A stretch of DNA of 64,000 bases from the human T2T-CHM13v2.0 reference genome, Homo sapiens, in NCBI RefSeq assembly GCF_009914755.1, contig NC_060927.1. One strand, 5' to 3'. The notes below the pieces were generated by a model. That model ran no database searches and was not told where the DNA came from. It saw nothing but the letters and a program-made list of their open reading frames with translations. Made by a program: the position numbers and the translations under genes. Shown here piece after piece: positions 1 to 16,368 of the stretch. The first letter of the stretch is position 1, and each line of letters opens with the position of its first letter.

Positions 1-3152
<3,152 letters not shown>

Positions 3153-3331
3153 TATAAAAAAAAAAAAAAGGAAATGGATGTTTTTAATACATCTCTCTCA
3201 GTAAACCTAAGTAAAGATGTAAGAGATTTGAGAAACAAGACTAACAAACTTGAATTAATGGACATATGAAGAAGATTCCACCCCAAAATGTCAGAATATG
3301 TCCCTCTTCAAATACAAGTAAAACTAATATT

Positions 3332-3634
3332 GGCTGAGCATGGTGATGACGTCTGTAATTCCAGCACTTTGGGAGGCCAATGTGGGCGACCATTTGAGGC
3401 CAGGAGTTCGAGACCAGCCTGACCAACATGGCAAAACCCCGTCTCTACTAAAAATACAGAAATCAGCTGGGTGTGGTGGCACGTACCTGTAATCCCAGCT
3501 ACTCAGGAGGCTGAGGCAGGAGAATCACTTGAGGGGGATAGAGGTTGCAGTGAGCTGAGATAGTGCGGCTGCACTCCAGGCTGGGTGACAGAACAAGACT
3601 CTATCTCAAAAATAAATAAATAAATAAATGAAAA
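3332..3634 (+). mobile_element. Alu (S-type) with 13-bp TSD
   Basis: Dimeric Alu with (AAAT)n tail; TSD taaaactaatatt at 3319-3331 and 3635-3647. Confidence 0.95.
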
Positions 3635-4869
3635 TAAAACTAATATTAAACATATGTTGAGACACAAATGCTCAACAAATTCAAATGAATAAAATAATAT
3701 AATCCTTGACTGAGTAGAATTAAACTAGAAATACATTTTAGATGGTATTTAAAAAAAATATCTAAGTGTTCGGAAATTAGGCAATACACTTGTAAATACA
3801 CTTGGGTGAAAGAAATAAATCACAATTGAAAGTAGAGAATATTTTGAACTGAATGATCATGAAATGACTACACTCTTGGTGTGCAATTGAAGTTGTGCTC
3901 GCTGGGAAACTGGTAGCTTTAAATTTATATTTTAAAAAAGAAAAGCATTGAGAAAGTAAATGATCTAAATACTTATTTTAAAAAGGTAAGAAAGAGCAAA
4001 CTAAACGTCAAGAAAATGGAAGGAAGACATAAGGAGTAGCAATTAATGAATTAGAAAATGAATGTTCAATAGAGAAAACAACAAAATCAAAAGTTAGTTC
4101 TTTAAAAAGGCTAATAAGATTGATTGAACCTCTGACTAGACTTATCAAGAAAAAAATGTAAAGATACAAATTACAAATATCAGGAATAAAAATAATAAAA
4201 AGCAAACAAGGGCAGATCTTACAGACAGTAACAAAAAGGCATCAATAACTCCTTGCCAACAGCTGTAAACATTTAAACACAATGGATACATTCTTTTAAA
4301 AACTCATCATACAAAATGGACACAAGAAGAATTAGAAAATCTGAAGAGTCATAGATAATTTTAAAACTGATCCTTAATTGAAAAACTTCCTACAACAAAA
4401 GTATCAGGCTCAGATGGCTTCATCAGTGAATGTTTCCAAATATTTAAGGAAGAAGTAAGCCTATACAACAAACTCTTTCAGAGAATGACAAAAGGGGAAA
4501 TAATTCTCTTCTCATTTTATAAGACCAGCATAACCTTGAAACCAAATCTGACAAGGACATTTCAAAAAAAGACAAGTACAGACTCTCTTATGAATATAGA
4601 TGTTAAAGCCCTAAACAAATTATGACCATATCAAATGATATATAAGAAGTGATATATAAAAAGAATAATCTATTATGACCAAGCTGAGTTTATTCCAAGC
4701 ATGCAAGTTTTGTTTAACATCATCTGGAATAGTGAAATATTGAGCACTTTCTCCCTGAGATTGGGAACAAGAAAATAATACCTACTACCATCATAACTTC
4801 TACCCAGCACAATCAGATCAGGAAAAGAAATAAAAGGTAGAATGACAGAGAAGAAAAATTACTTATTCA

Positions 4870-5578
4870 TCACTTCATACCAGTCAGAATGGCTATTATT
4901 AAAATGTCAAAAAAAAAAAAAACATATTGGCAAGGGTGTGGAGGAAAGGGAATGCTTATACACTGCTGGTGGGAATATAAATTATTTCAGCCATTATGGA
5001 AAGCAATTTGGTGATTTCTCAAAGAACTTAAAACAGAAATACCATTCGACCCAGCAATCTCATTGTTGGGTATATCCCCAAAGGGATATTAACTTTTCTA
5101 CCATAAAGACACATGCATGCGTATGTTCATTATAGCACTATTCACAATAGCAAAGGCATGGAATCAACCTAAATACTCATCAATGGTAGACTGAATAAAG
5201 AAAATGTGGTACATATACACCATGGAATACTATGAAGCCATAAAAAAGCATCAAATCATGTCTTTTCAGAAACATGGATGGAGCTGGAGGCTATTATCCT
5301 AAGTGAACTAACATAGGAACAGAAAACCAAATATCACATGTTATCACTTATATGTGGGAGCTAAAGATTGAGCACAAAGAAGGGAACAACAGACACTGGG
5401 GCCTACTTGAGGATGGAGGGTGGGAGGAGGGTGAGGATCGAAACACCTATTGGGTACTATGCTTATCACCTGGGCGACAAAATAATCTGTACATTGCCAA
5501 ACCACCATGACACTCAATTTACCTACATAAAAAACCTGTACATATACCCCTTAACCTAAAACAGAAGTTGAAAAAAAT
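4870..5578 (+). mobile_element. 5'-truncated L1 3' end (L1PA13-16/L1PB-like)
   Basis: ccagtcagaatggctattattaaaa...aatgtggtacatatacaccatggaatactat...aacctaaaacagaagtt plus A tail; degenerate TSD-like flanks. Confidence 0.85.
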
Positions 5579-6279
5579 AATTATTCACAGGCAACATGAT
5601 TGTGTGTGTAGAAAATCCAAAAGGACCTCCCTATAAATGATTAGAATTAATTAGTAAATTTAGTAAGATAATTGGATACTAGGTCAATGCATGACAATAG
5701 TTCTATTTCTACTCATTAGAAATAAGCAATTAGAAAATTAAATTAAAAATTTATATCATTTACCACATTATCAAAAATATACCTGCAAATACCCAGAAAC
5801 ATATCTAATAAAAGATGTTCAAGACTCCACAAAAATCTACCAAGCATTACTAAGAGAAAGCGGGAATTTGCTCACTCTAGAGTGGAAGATGGGAAAGGAA
5901 GAATGGGGCTGGAATAGCTCTCAGACGTCCAAACACAGTGCCTAACAACACATCAATACTTGGCATTTACATTATTATGGCCATGTAAATGTCAACATAC
6001 AGTACACTACAATTACATTTACTTTCTTTGTACAACTTTTCCTCATGGAGCTAGCATTTGCTTAGTTTTCTGCATACCTTTCACCAGATGGTCCTCCAAA
6101 GTCCTTAATGGCACTATACAATTCCCTCAATAAAGTCAGCTACATCAGGTAACCACTTTATCAGTCTCATTTTATTTTTTCCTATGACATACCTCCTGGA
6201 CAGGTCTGCCCTGCTCCTGTCTGGACTGTGTTCATCCTGCTCACTGCACAGCTGTTCTCCAGACACATCCCATTACTAT

Positions 6280-6890
6280 CCTCTTAGGAATTCCCTTTGT
6301 CTCTTCTTTGTGAAGGAGCTTCCTGGTTCCAAGCAGACCTCTTTCTTGGTCTCTGTCCCTCACTGGGTGGAGCACTCCACCAGAGAGATGGCTCATGAGA
6401 GGCAGATTTTCTCTGAGACCTTGAATGTTTCTAAATGTTCTTATTCTACTCTCACCCTTGATTGAGATTTTAACTGAGGATAAAACTGTAGGTAGGAAAT
6501 TATTCTGCAGAATGTTGAAGGTATGTCACCACTGTTTCCTCACTTCCAGCATTGCTAGTGTGAAGTCATTCTGATTCCTCATCTGTTGCAAGTGACTTGC
6601 TTTATTTCTTCTCTGGAAGACCTGTTTGTCTCTAGTGATCTGAAATTCATAATCACAAGCCTTAGAGTGGGTCTGTTTTCATTCACTGCTCTGTGAGTGT
6701 CCCACAATCCTGGGAAATTCATTGAATTATGTCTTTAATAATTTAATCCTCAGCAGATTCTGGCGCAAGCTAGGCATGGTGACAGTGTTTGCTGTTGTTA
6801 TGATTCTCTTTGTGGAGCTCCTGTAGGTCAGACATTTTCCTCAGGTCTGGGGATCTTTGGAAGTCTTCTCAAAGTCCTTTTTAATATTGA
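6280..6890 (-). mobile_element. Ancient L1ME-like fragment
   Basis: T-rich degenerate L1-type sequence; boundaries approximate. Confidence 0.45.
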
Positions 6891-6896
6891 GATACA

Positions 6897-7780
<884 letters not shown>

Positions 7781-7796
7781 ATGCCATCTGCAAACT

Positions 7797-7797
<1 letters not shown>

Positions 7798-7853
<56 letters not shown>
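7798..7853. repeat. (TG)n microsatellite, ~28 units
   Basis: Direct reading. Confidence 0.98.
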
Positions 7854-7856
<3 letters not shown>

Positions 7857-8619
7857 GAGGAATTGACTGACTGGCTTCCCAAAGATGGGCAAATGGGGTG
7901 CTGGTCTTTTCACTGGGGTGGTGGTTACAGATGGTACCTGTAGGCCTTTTTTCTTAGGTTGATCTGTTTTCTCAGTGATACCCTCCAGTTTTTGCTTTGA
8001 GGACAAAAGTCAGCCAGCCAGGTTTGGGGAGTTAAGTAACATCAGGGTTTGAGGTGGTCTCACCATTCAGTATGCAGATTGTATTTTTGAAAACAATTCA
8101 TTAATTTTTTTAACTATTAATTTTCTTCATGTGGTTTCGTATGTTGATTTACAGCTCTCTCGAGTGGAAGGTTTTCTTTTTCTTTTCATCTGCTCTTTTG
8201 GCTCCCTTCCGTGTCTGAGTATATTGCAGTTGCTCCTACCTAGTCCCCGGAACCCTCAGACTAGAGCCAGGCTTTGTACTGGTGATTCCGGGCTCCCACT
8301 ACATGGTTGTCCCATCATATAATAGACAACTCACTGAGCCCAGTGGGTGGATTGGCTCAGCTGCCCTAATTTAAGGCAGTTTTGTATAGGTAAGGCCTTA
8401 ACATAGGTGTCCAGTAATGGACAGCTGCCTCATGGAGTGGAGAGCTCCTGGTCCCTGGAAGGATTCTAGGAAAGACTGGGTGATTGCGTCTTGGATATGG
8501 GATTTCTGCATTGAAATCAGTGATTGCCACAATTTTATGAGGGGCTTGAGACTTTTGGATTCCTTAGGGAACAATACATCAGTGTCATCCTCATTATGCT
8601 GATGATGACTGATGCATCG

Positions 8620-8870
8620 TGATGGTAGCCAATAATTACTGAGTACTTACTATGTGCCCGGGACTTTTCTAGTCATTGTACCATATGTTAGCTCATTTAA
8701 TCCCCATAAGAAGTGTACACAGTAGGTGCTATGAGTATCCCTATTTTACTGATGAGGAAACAAAAACAGGGAGGTTCAGTAACTTGCTCAAATCAGCTGG
8801 GAGCTGGCAGAACTGGGGTTAGGAATCAGGCGGTCAGCTCCAGGTGTATGCTCTTAGCTGGCACACTCTC
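8620..8870 (-). mobile_element. MIR SINE
   Basis: tactgagtacttactatgtgcc...ctcatttaatcc...attttactgatgaggaaac core. Confidence 0.8.
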
Positions 8871-10407
8871 CTACCTGCTGTCAAACAGGGGCTGAGCCAC
8901 AGGCTTCCCCAGGCTCATGACTGCCAACGCTGAGGAGGAGGAGGGGTCCACAGGGCTTCTCCAAGTGAAATCAATGTGTATAGAGGAAAACTCGAGGCTT
9001 CAATCACACATTAATGGCTCCTGACCACACAAGACAGATTTCAGTCTAACAGGGGACCAGTGGCTAAGAGGCCATCTTTCCAGAGGAAGCCCATTCACTT
9101 CTTTTAAAGATAGACTTTAACACTCTTGTTGAGCTTTAAAAATATCAAGTGAAGCTTTCACTGCCAGAGTGGATGCCCTCCCACAATCAGGTTAACGTGT
9201 TCTCTCCACTGTGTTGCTCCTGGGAGATGGAGAAGGGGATCTGACACTCATGAAATGAATGCCAAAAGGTTCATGGTACCCACACTTGCCCAGTCCCTAG
9301 GGTGGGGCTATCCCAAAGGGCATAGGAGGAGGGGACAGCCTTCAAGTGCTGCCAGTATCTTGGCTTCATTTAACTTTTTAAATAGAATAAAATGGTGGAT
9401 GTTAATTTCCAGATCTCCTTGGTGTTCACATACATTCAAATACAAATATAAATATGAGCAAAGTGTTCACTAGGAAATCTGTAATCCCACCGTCATTTTG
9501 TTCTAAATAAACGCTTCCTCATTTTTCCTCACCACCATCCTTTACCCAGATGGGAGCTGCCAGGGGCTCCCCACTCCTAATATCTGCACTTCGTCAGTCA
9601 TTCAGCCCAGCTGTTCTTGTGTACTCACAGTTGTGGCTGCCCCTCTGCCCTCATGCCACCAGCCTCTCCATAGCTGCCCCTGCCACCATAAAGGGGGACG
9701 TCACTGCCTTGGTCCCTGCACAGCCAGGGCGAAATGATGGCTGATTCGTTGTGTCACAGAGGCAGTCAGCCATTCCCCCTGATAGAAACAAAGCAATCTC
9801 GGCACATGCTCAGGGCGGGCGGATTCCCCCGAGAAGAACGGCACTCCTCCCATTGATTGGTTGCCCATGCACTGATTGTTTCCCAGAGGCAAACACCATG
9901 AGCACTCCCAGCCAGGTGGCAATTTTTCTCCTCTTGTAAATATACATTTCCCACAGGGGCAAAGGAGTACACTGCTGTGCATATGCTTTCCTAGTTGAGC
10001 AAAAGAAGGAAATGACTATTTAGGATGTTGTAACTCAACAGCTGTTTTGGTCAACAGCCATGTAAACAACCCAGAGATCTATCATTTTGTTTTTGAAATG
10101 ACAAGGCAATGTTCACTTCAAAAATTTACTGATCACTTATTCTAAATGCAAGGCACTGTTTAATCATGGAGATAAAAGAGCAAACACACTCAGCCTAGGC
10201 TCCTTCTCCCTAGAGTTGATATGCCTGTGTGCATTTGTGTCCTCTGAGCTGGGTGGCATGCATGTTGCGTGGAATCCTCCTGGAGCTCAGGTGAGGTCAG
10301 GAGGCCCCCAGCACATCCTGGGACCTTTGGTTTGAAAGCTGACTGGTTGTCAGTCCATGGGCTAGCTTAATGGGAAGCCAGTGCTCCCCACTGGTCTGAA
10401 TAGCCTC

Positions 10408-10783
10408 TGATATGGTTTGGCTGTGTCCCCAACCAAATGTCATCTTGAATTGTAGTTTCCATAATCTCCACGTGTCATGGGAGGGACCAAGTGGGAGGTA
10501 ATTTAATCATGGGGGTGGTTACTCTCATGCTGTTCTCGTGATAGTGAGTGAGTTCTCACAAGATCTGATGATTTTATAAGGGGTGTTTCCCCCTTTTGCT
10601 CAGCACTTTTCCTTGCTGCCGCCATGAGAAGAAGTATGTGTTTTCTTCCCCTTCTGACATGATTGTTAAGTTTCCTGAGGCCTCCCCAGCCATGCTGAAC
10701 TGTGAGTCAATTAAATCTTTTTCCTTTATAAATTACCCAGTCTCGGGTATGTCTTTATTAGCAGTGTGAGAACGGACTAAACA
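10408..10783 (+). mobile_element. THE1 (THE1D-like) MaLR solo LTR
   Basis: tgatatggtttggctgtgtcccc...cccagtctcgggtatgtctttattagcagtgtgagaacggactaaaca; TG..CA ends; 5-bp TSD gcctc/gtctc. Confidence 0.93.
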
Positions 10784-10830
10784 GTCTCCTTCATTATTTT
10801 GGTCTGAGCCCTGATTTAGCTACCTTTAAG

Positions 10831-10940
10831 CTGGGATTGGCAAATACATGGCACACCTCACCCTTCAATCCATTGTCTATGGATCACTAGCTAGTCATGA
10901 CACTCTTTCCTAGTGAACCCAGTTGTGGCCTCAGAATCTG
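10831..10940 (-). mobile_element. MER117-like hAT remnant (related pieces near 42935-43045 and 54176-54236)
   Basis: ggcaaatacatggcac...tcatgacactctttcc...gcctcagaatc resembles the recalled MER117 consensus and the 42.9 kb copy. Confidence 0.5.
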
Positions 10941-13414
10941 TCTAAACCCAGTACCCCTGGCAATGATGACTAAACATCTAGAGTGCTGGTTTAATTGGAG
11001 AGAGGGAATCTCTTGGTGGGCCCTGTCTAGGTGGCCTTCTCATTCTCAATCCTTCATGGCTTGGCTTTGCCACTGGATACACTGGATACCACTGGATACC
11101 ACTTCGTGGTGCTTTGTCTTTTTTACACTTCATCCTGCAGGGGCTCCTCTTCAGAGGATCAGCCTTGAGGACAACTGTGCTCAAAGAAACCATGAGTTTG
11201 AGTGTTCCCTGGAGCATTACTTTCCAATATATCAACGGTCTTCAAGACAGCCCCACATACTCAGGCTTTGCTGTAGAAGATGTTAATGCCTTTAGATCCT
11301 AAATAGCTATATTTGCCATTTTGCAGCTCTTTCCCGAGAAAACAGGTTCTTCTGGGGCTTTAGAAGCTTTCCCGTGGAAAGGTTTGTTTGTTGGTCTCTG
11401 GGTGGGTGGGTGGGAATGGGATCAGCAGGTGCCCTCAGCTAAATTTTTATGTCACTCTGGGTTAAATAGAAGCATCAAGCTTAGGTTATATAATCTTCAA
11501 ACAGGGCCATGGGGAAAATTTGGAGCGGGAACAAATCTAGATAAAGGAAAGAAAATTCCATTAAAACTGTTCACAGCCAAAGAATGACTGACAACCCTCT
11601 GCTACCCACCTTTACAGGCAGGGTGGCCATCCTTCTCTAGTCAAGACCAAGTCCTACTTTCAGGACTTGTTCTATCTTCCAAGTAGTCAGTATGTGTCCT
11701 CTTTTAGATGCTGGACTTGGTAAAGGGCCTCTTCCTTTGAAGACCACTGTTAGCTGCATCCTCAGCCTCCTCCAGGGTGGTTACTTCACCCCACATTCCC
11801 AGCCCTCCCCAGGATGTGGCCCTCCTCTGAGAGAATCTTGGGTTCCCCTCCTCAATGTCCAGTATGTGGCATACAGAGTTGGGCAAAAACACAAGGGCTA
11901 GACCTGGTGAAATGGGAACATGCTTTGACAAATGCTCAGTGGATGGTTATGGACTGCTAGGCAGTAGTACTTTCCTGGCCCTGTCTTCCTAGTCTGTCTT
12001 AGTTTTCCCAGTGAAACACTTGCCAAGCGTTTACCAAACACCTACTGTGTGCCGAGGAGCAGAACCAAAGCATATATATTCAAGGAATTCACATCCTAGG
12101 GGCAGAACCTCCAAGTACTTCCTGAATCCCAGAATCTTGTAGAAGGTTCTGGGTTAACAGATGAGCAACAAAGTGTGACATGAACATGGAAGATAGGCAG
12201 ATAATTCCCCATGGCTTGGGCAGTGGGAGGACTAGGAAGGTCTGACAGAGTGGTGGGCTGGCCTGATCCACAAAGGCCAGGCAGGGCTTCCTCAGGCAGG
12301 AAAAGACGTCCTGGCTAGAAAGGACAGCATGTATAAAGCACGCTGGTGGGAGGTACATGGACTGCCTGGTGTCACATGGTTGATGATTCTAAGGGGCTCT
12401 CAGGGAGAGTGATGGGAGACAAAGTGGAGAAAGCAGTGTGAGGCCAGAGTGGGGGTCTAGTCTCATCCCTGAGCAATGGGGAACCATTGGTCGGTTTTAA
12501 GTAAGAGTGCAGCATGGAGCGATCCTCTTGGCTGTTGTGTTGAGGCTTCCCTGGATGGCAGGGGCAAGAGGGAGAGAAGGAGAAATAAGAAAGAAGCTGC
12601 CTTTCATCAAATTAGTCCACAACACCTTGAAAGTGGGCCCTTGGAGTACATATTTCTCCTATGTAGAGGCCGCTGTCCCTTCCACAAACCATCTTGTGAA
12701 GACTTTTCAGTGATTGCTGGATCCCAGATGGCTTTGGGTATGCTGACTGCACACACAGAACCCTCACCCAGTCTTTCCTGAACCCTCCATAGCATAGGCA
12801 AGTTAACTTGTGTGTGCTGCACAGGTCTCCCTTCTGGAAGAAGTTGCTGATTCTCTGCAAGGAGTGCAGGTCGTGGAGAGACTCCAGGTGTTAGCACCTT
12901 CAAGGTCTGCCTGAGCTTTTGAACTGAGGCCAAGCTCTTGCCAGGCAGCCCCAGCAAGTGGCTGAGCATGATGGTTTCTCTAGGGCCTGGCCATTTCTGT
13001 ACAGCTCCAGACTCTTCTAATACAAATCTTTGTTTTGGAACTTCCTGTTGGGTTGGCTGGGACTTGGTCAGACTTGCACCATTGTCTGAGCTTCTCTCTG
13101 ACTCATCCTGCTTCCCCCCTCCCTTTTAACTTCCACAGGTATTGCCTCCAGCACACTGTTTACATTCCTACTGTGTCTCAGCATCTGTTCTCCTGGGAAT
13201 ACAACTGGTCCACCTGAACATATGATCTGTGCTGCTGTTGGTGCAGGAGGACAGGAGGGAAATAAGCTGGAAGCCATGGATGTGGAGAGTCTGGCTTCAA
13301 GATGGAGCTTGTTTACCTGCAGGTAGGGCTCCACCTCTGCACCCCATTGAGTCCCCCGCCTGGCTGTGGTACGAAGAGCCACCCTGCATACCCTCACCCA
13401 GTAGTGAAGTAGGC

Positions 13415-13647
13415 CGAGGCAGCCAGTGTGGGGTCCAGCGAGTGACATGCATCATCGAAGGTGCTTATTATTTTGATGAAACACAATACATTTCTTTCAG
13501 CCCATAAAATCAAAGGTGTGCAAAAAGGCTGTTTTCAGGGTGTAAAACACCCCTCGTTTCCCTGTGGTGATGCATAACTATTATGCCTCTGGGGCCTTTG
13601 TGCATTTTTCGGGCATGAGTGACACGAGGCTGACTGGGTGGCCTTGG
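13415..13647 (+). repeat. Direct repeat copy A (~233 bp) of 16764-16995
   Basis: Manual alignment: about 26 differences including one 1-nt gap (~89% identity). Confidence 0.95.
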
Positions 13648-13899
13648 CACCTTGTCTCTTTAGAGAAAAAGGAGACAGTGCTTCTTTCCGATTCCCTATA
13701 AAAACCAGTTTTTTGTTGAAGACCTGCCTTTCCCGCTAGTGCCTAATACCAATTATGTCTTTCCAGAGATGGTGAGATTGTTCTGAAAGGATTTCTTGGA
13801 AACCTTGTCTTAACAACCCTATCGTCCTAGTGCGATAAGAATATATGAATGGGAGGCCATTGTGGACAGTAATAGGGCCGGGAGGCTTCATCTCCCCAT

Positions 13900-14200
13900 G
13901 GAAAGTATAAGACACAAACAGTATAGCTGAGATCATGAGGACCTGGTTTGTAGCAGGTCGTGGGAAAGGAGAGAAGGTGGAGTTGGGAGAGCAGGTGGGA
14001 GGTGAGACACATCCAGAAGGGACTGGGTTTCATCACCAGTGACTGCCATGAGTCTAACTTAGTTATCTGGTTGGATAGGGATGCATTTACTGAACTGGGG
14101 ACCCAGGAGGAGTTGGGAGTAATTTGAGGGAGAGAAGTAACTCCAGTTTAGCATCTTTTGACTCGGAGATGCCTGTGGGACACCCCAAAGAGGACATCCC
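13900..14200 (-). mobile_element. L2 fragment (further L2 pieces at ~12020-12560)
   Basis: catttactgaactgggga...gagatgcctgtgggacacc L2-like motifs. Confidence 0.55.
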
Positions 14201-14374
14201 CGTTAACTTTCAGTTTCCTTTAGTTCTGCTTGCAAAATCAGACAGAACCAGCATCCTGTCAGAGGCTGTTCTTCCCCTTTGGTCCCTCTGCTGGGCTTTC
14301 TCCAGCCCCTTGCCCTCAGGCAAGAGAGGAGCCAGCAGTGCAGTCTGCCAGGGGCTCCAGGGGCAGGCTCTTAA

Positions 14375-14422
14375 CACAGCAGGGCCCTTCAGATGTTCCA
14401 CAGCAGGGCCCTTCAGATGTTC
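14375..14422. repeat. Perfect 24-bp tandem duplication
   Basis: cacagcagggcccttcagatgttc x2. Confidence 0.97.
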
Positions 14423-15282
14423 TGTAACTGACAACCCCAGGCCCACTGCCTGCCAGCATCTTTTCACAGAGACACGGCATCACAAACTCTCCGGACTGGA
14501 AGGGACATTGGAGGTCATCCACTCCAGCTTTGGGGATGGCATTTTCAGACTGTTCTAATAACTCAAGAGTTACTCCTTCTTTTGTGTGGAAGACTGTTTC
14601 TTCTGACTTCCTCTTAATATGCTGCCGGGTCTCCTTCCTAAGGAGAAGCATGCTGGGCCTCGTTTTTGTGGATCTAGCAGCGAGAGACATGACGAAGCCA
14701 GATTTGGGGACACAAGTTCTTTTTGTCCTTCACACTACAGCTACGAGAATGGTCTCCATGGTTACAGCAGCTTCTCAGAAATGTCTGGATTTTTCATTTT
14801 CTGTATTTCTCTAAATGTCTAGTTTATGAATAATCTGCTTAGGTGACCGGCTGGAAAGTTTCTGCATGTATATGAATATCAAGAAGTACATATTTATATA
14901 CATTCAAAAGAAAAGTAGGCTGATAGGCATTTTTGGTAATTTTTTTTCTCCCACTGTAAAAATAAATTAGGATTGACTTTAAAATTTTCAAGTTAAACAA
15001 GATTCAATGAAAGAAACAGTGCCTTCGTGTTCTTCAAAGGCATGTGAACCATAGAGTGGCTGGAGCTAACCTAATTATGTTTTCTTTAATGTGAAATAGC
15101 TATTTGCCTGACATTCCATTCGCATCTCACCGTCGCATTCAACTGGCTGGGACATTGATTTTTTTCTAGGGCTTCCTTTGAACATGAAAGCATTTTTCCT
15201 GTTTCTCTCCATTTCCCACCTTGTGAGATACATGATAAGAATGAATCGATAATTACATTGTTGGATAAAAATGAATATAAAT

Positions 15283-15288
15283 TTTATT
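15283..15288 (-). terminator. Likely KY polyadenylation signal AATAAA
   Basis: Plus strand TTTATT; U/G-rich sequence upstream on the minus strand, CA dinucleotides ~20 nt downstream and a U-rich tract beyond. Confidence 0.7.
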
Positions 15289-15750
15289 GAAAAACAACAC
15301 CAGCAACAACATGGAGAAAGCATACTCAACAGCCACCGGCCCACACAACTCAATGCACACATTATGAGAAGTAATCACCTCTTTCAATTGCCGACTACTT
15401 ACTCCAAATGAAAAGAAATTATAGACCTAAGATAAACTGAGGCGGGCAATAGAGGCACACCATCTTCGAAAATTTTGCCAATAGCAAATGATGTAGTGAT
15501 GCTGTTAACCCTCTGTTTGCTGCAGGCAGACCAGGATATCTCAGGAATTAATTGGTTTGGAGAGGAGAAAACCCACTCCTTCTAGTGAACATGGCATCTA
15601 AAACCTCAGACCACTGGGAAAACTTTTCTCCTTTTCAAGTCCTTTGAGAAGAGGATTTCACAAACTTTCTTGGCAACTTGTCCCTCCTGCTTAACAACAG
15701 GAAATAGTTCTTTATGTCTAGCCGAAATCCTTCATGCTTCAGTTAGTCTA

Positions 15751-15756
15751 TTTATT
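15751..15756 (-). terminator. Possible proximal alternative polyA signal AATAAA
   Basis: Plus strand TTTATT about 470 nt upstream of the main signal; motif only. Confidence 0.3.
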
Positions 15757-16350
15757 TACTTTTAATCTTAGCAGGCAGTGAGGAGGCTGTCCTGGTAGGA
15801 CAATGTAACATATGGGGAACTCACAATGATCATAATCAGATTGAAAATGGAGTCCAGCTGAGCTATGGCACTTCTGAAACAAGCTGGAAAGAAGTGTACT
15901 GAAGTTGTGGTTGTAGTGCCTCTGCCCACCACTCCTCCACCCTGGGTTCCTTTCTGCCCTGTGGCCTGGGGGCTGCCATCCTGAGAATTGCAAGCAGATA
16001 CTTTCTGAGTTTGATCGGTTCCAATCCTTCAATGGTATAGTAATGAGTGTAGTCACAGCTGTTCCATCCAGTCCTATGTCAAGTGCTTCTGTTTCAAGAA
16101 GTTATTTCCAGGCAAAACAGTCCCATCACATCCCTTGTCTTTTCAACACACCAGGTTGTCCCCCAGGATGCCCTCACAGCTTGTGCGTGACAAAGATGTC
16201 CTCCGTGTACACATAAGGAAGCGCTGAGAAGCCACGAGAAAGCACCTAGTGATTTTAACATAAACATTTCCACAGCATTTTCAAGTTCTGCGAAAAAGCC
16301 CGGTGATAGATCAGCCTCGCGGTGTGCAGCGCCGGCAGCTCCGCACTTCG

Positions 16351-16368
16351 GACACCTGGGGGCGCCCG
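16351..16368 (+). promoter_or_regulatory. Candidate CTCF site in a CpG-rich patch
   Basis: GACACCTGGGGGCGCCCG versus core consensus CCACCAGGGGGCGC (two deviations); CpG-dense surroundings 16290-16405. Confidence 0.55.

Larger units (their letters stand above)
3170..5860 (+). mobile_element. Old L1M-type ORF2 remnant, interrupted by an Alu and a younger L1 3' end
   Basis: A-rich degenerate ORF2 motifs (caggctcagatggcttcatcagtgaa; tagaaaatccaaaagga...agaattaattagtaaatttag) that resume after each insertion. Confidence 0.75.

Noticed and set aside
13465-13520. TGATGA motif with a short terminal stem in the duplicated element, suggesting a C/D-box snoRNA
   Set aside because: No properly placed D box (CTGA) in either copy and no intronic host context evident.
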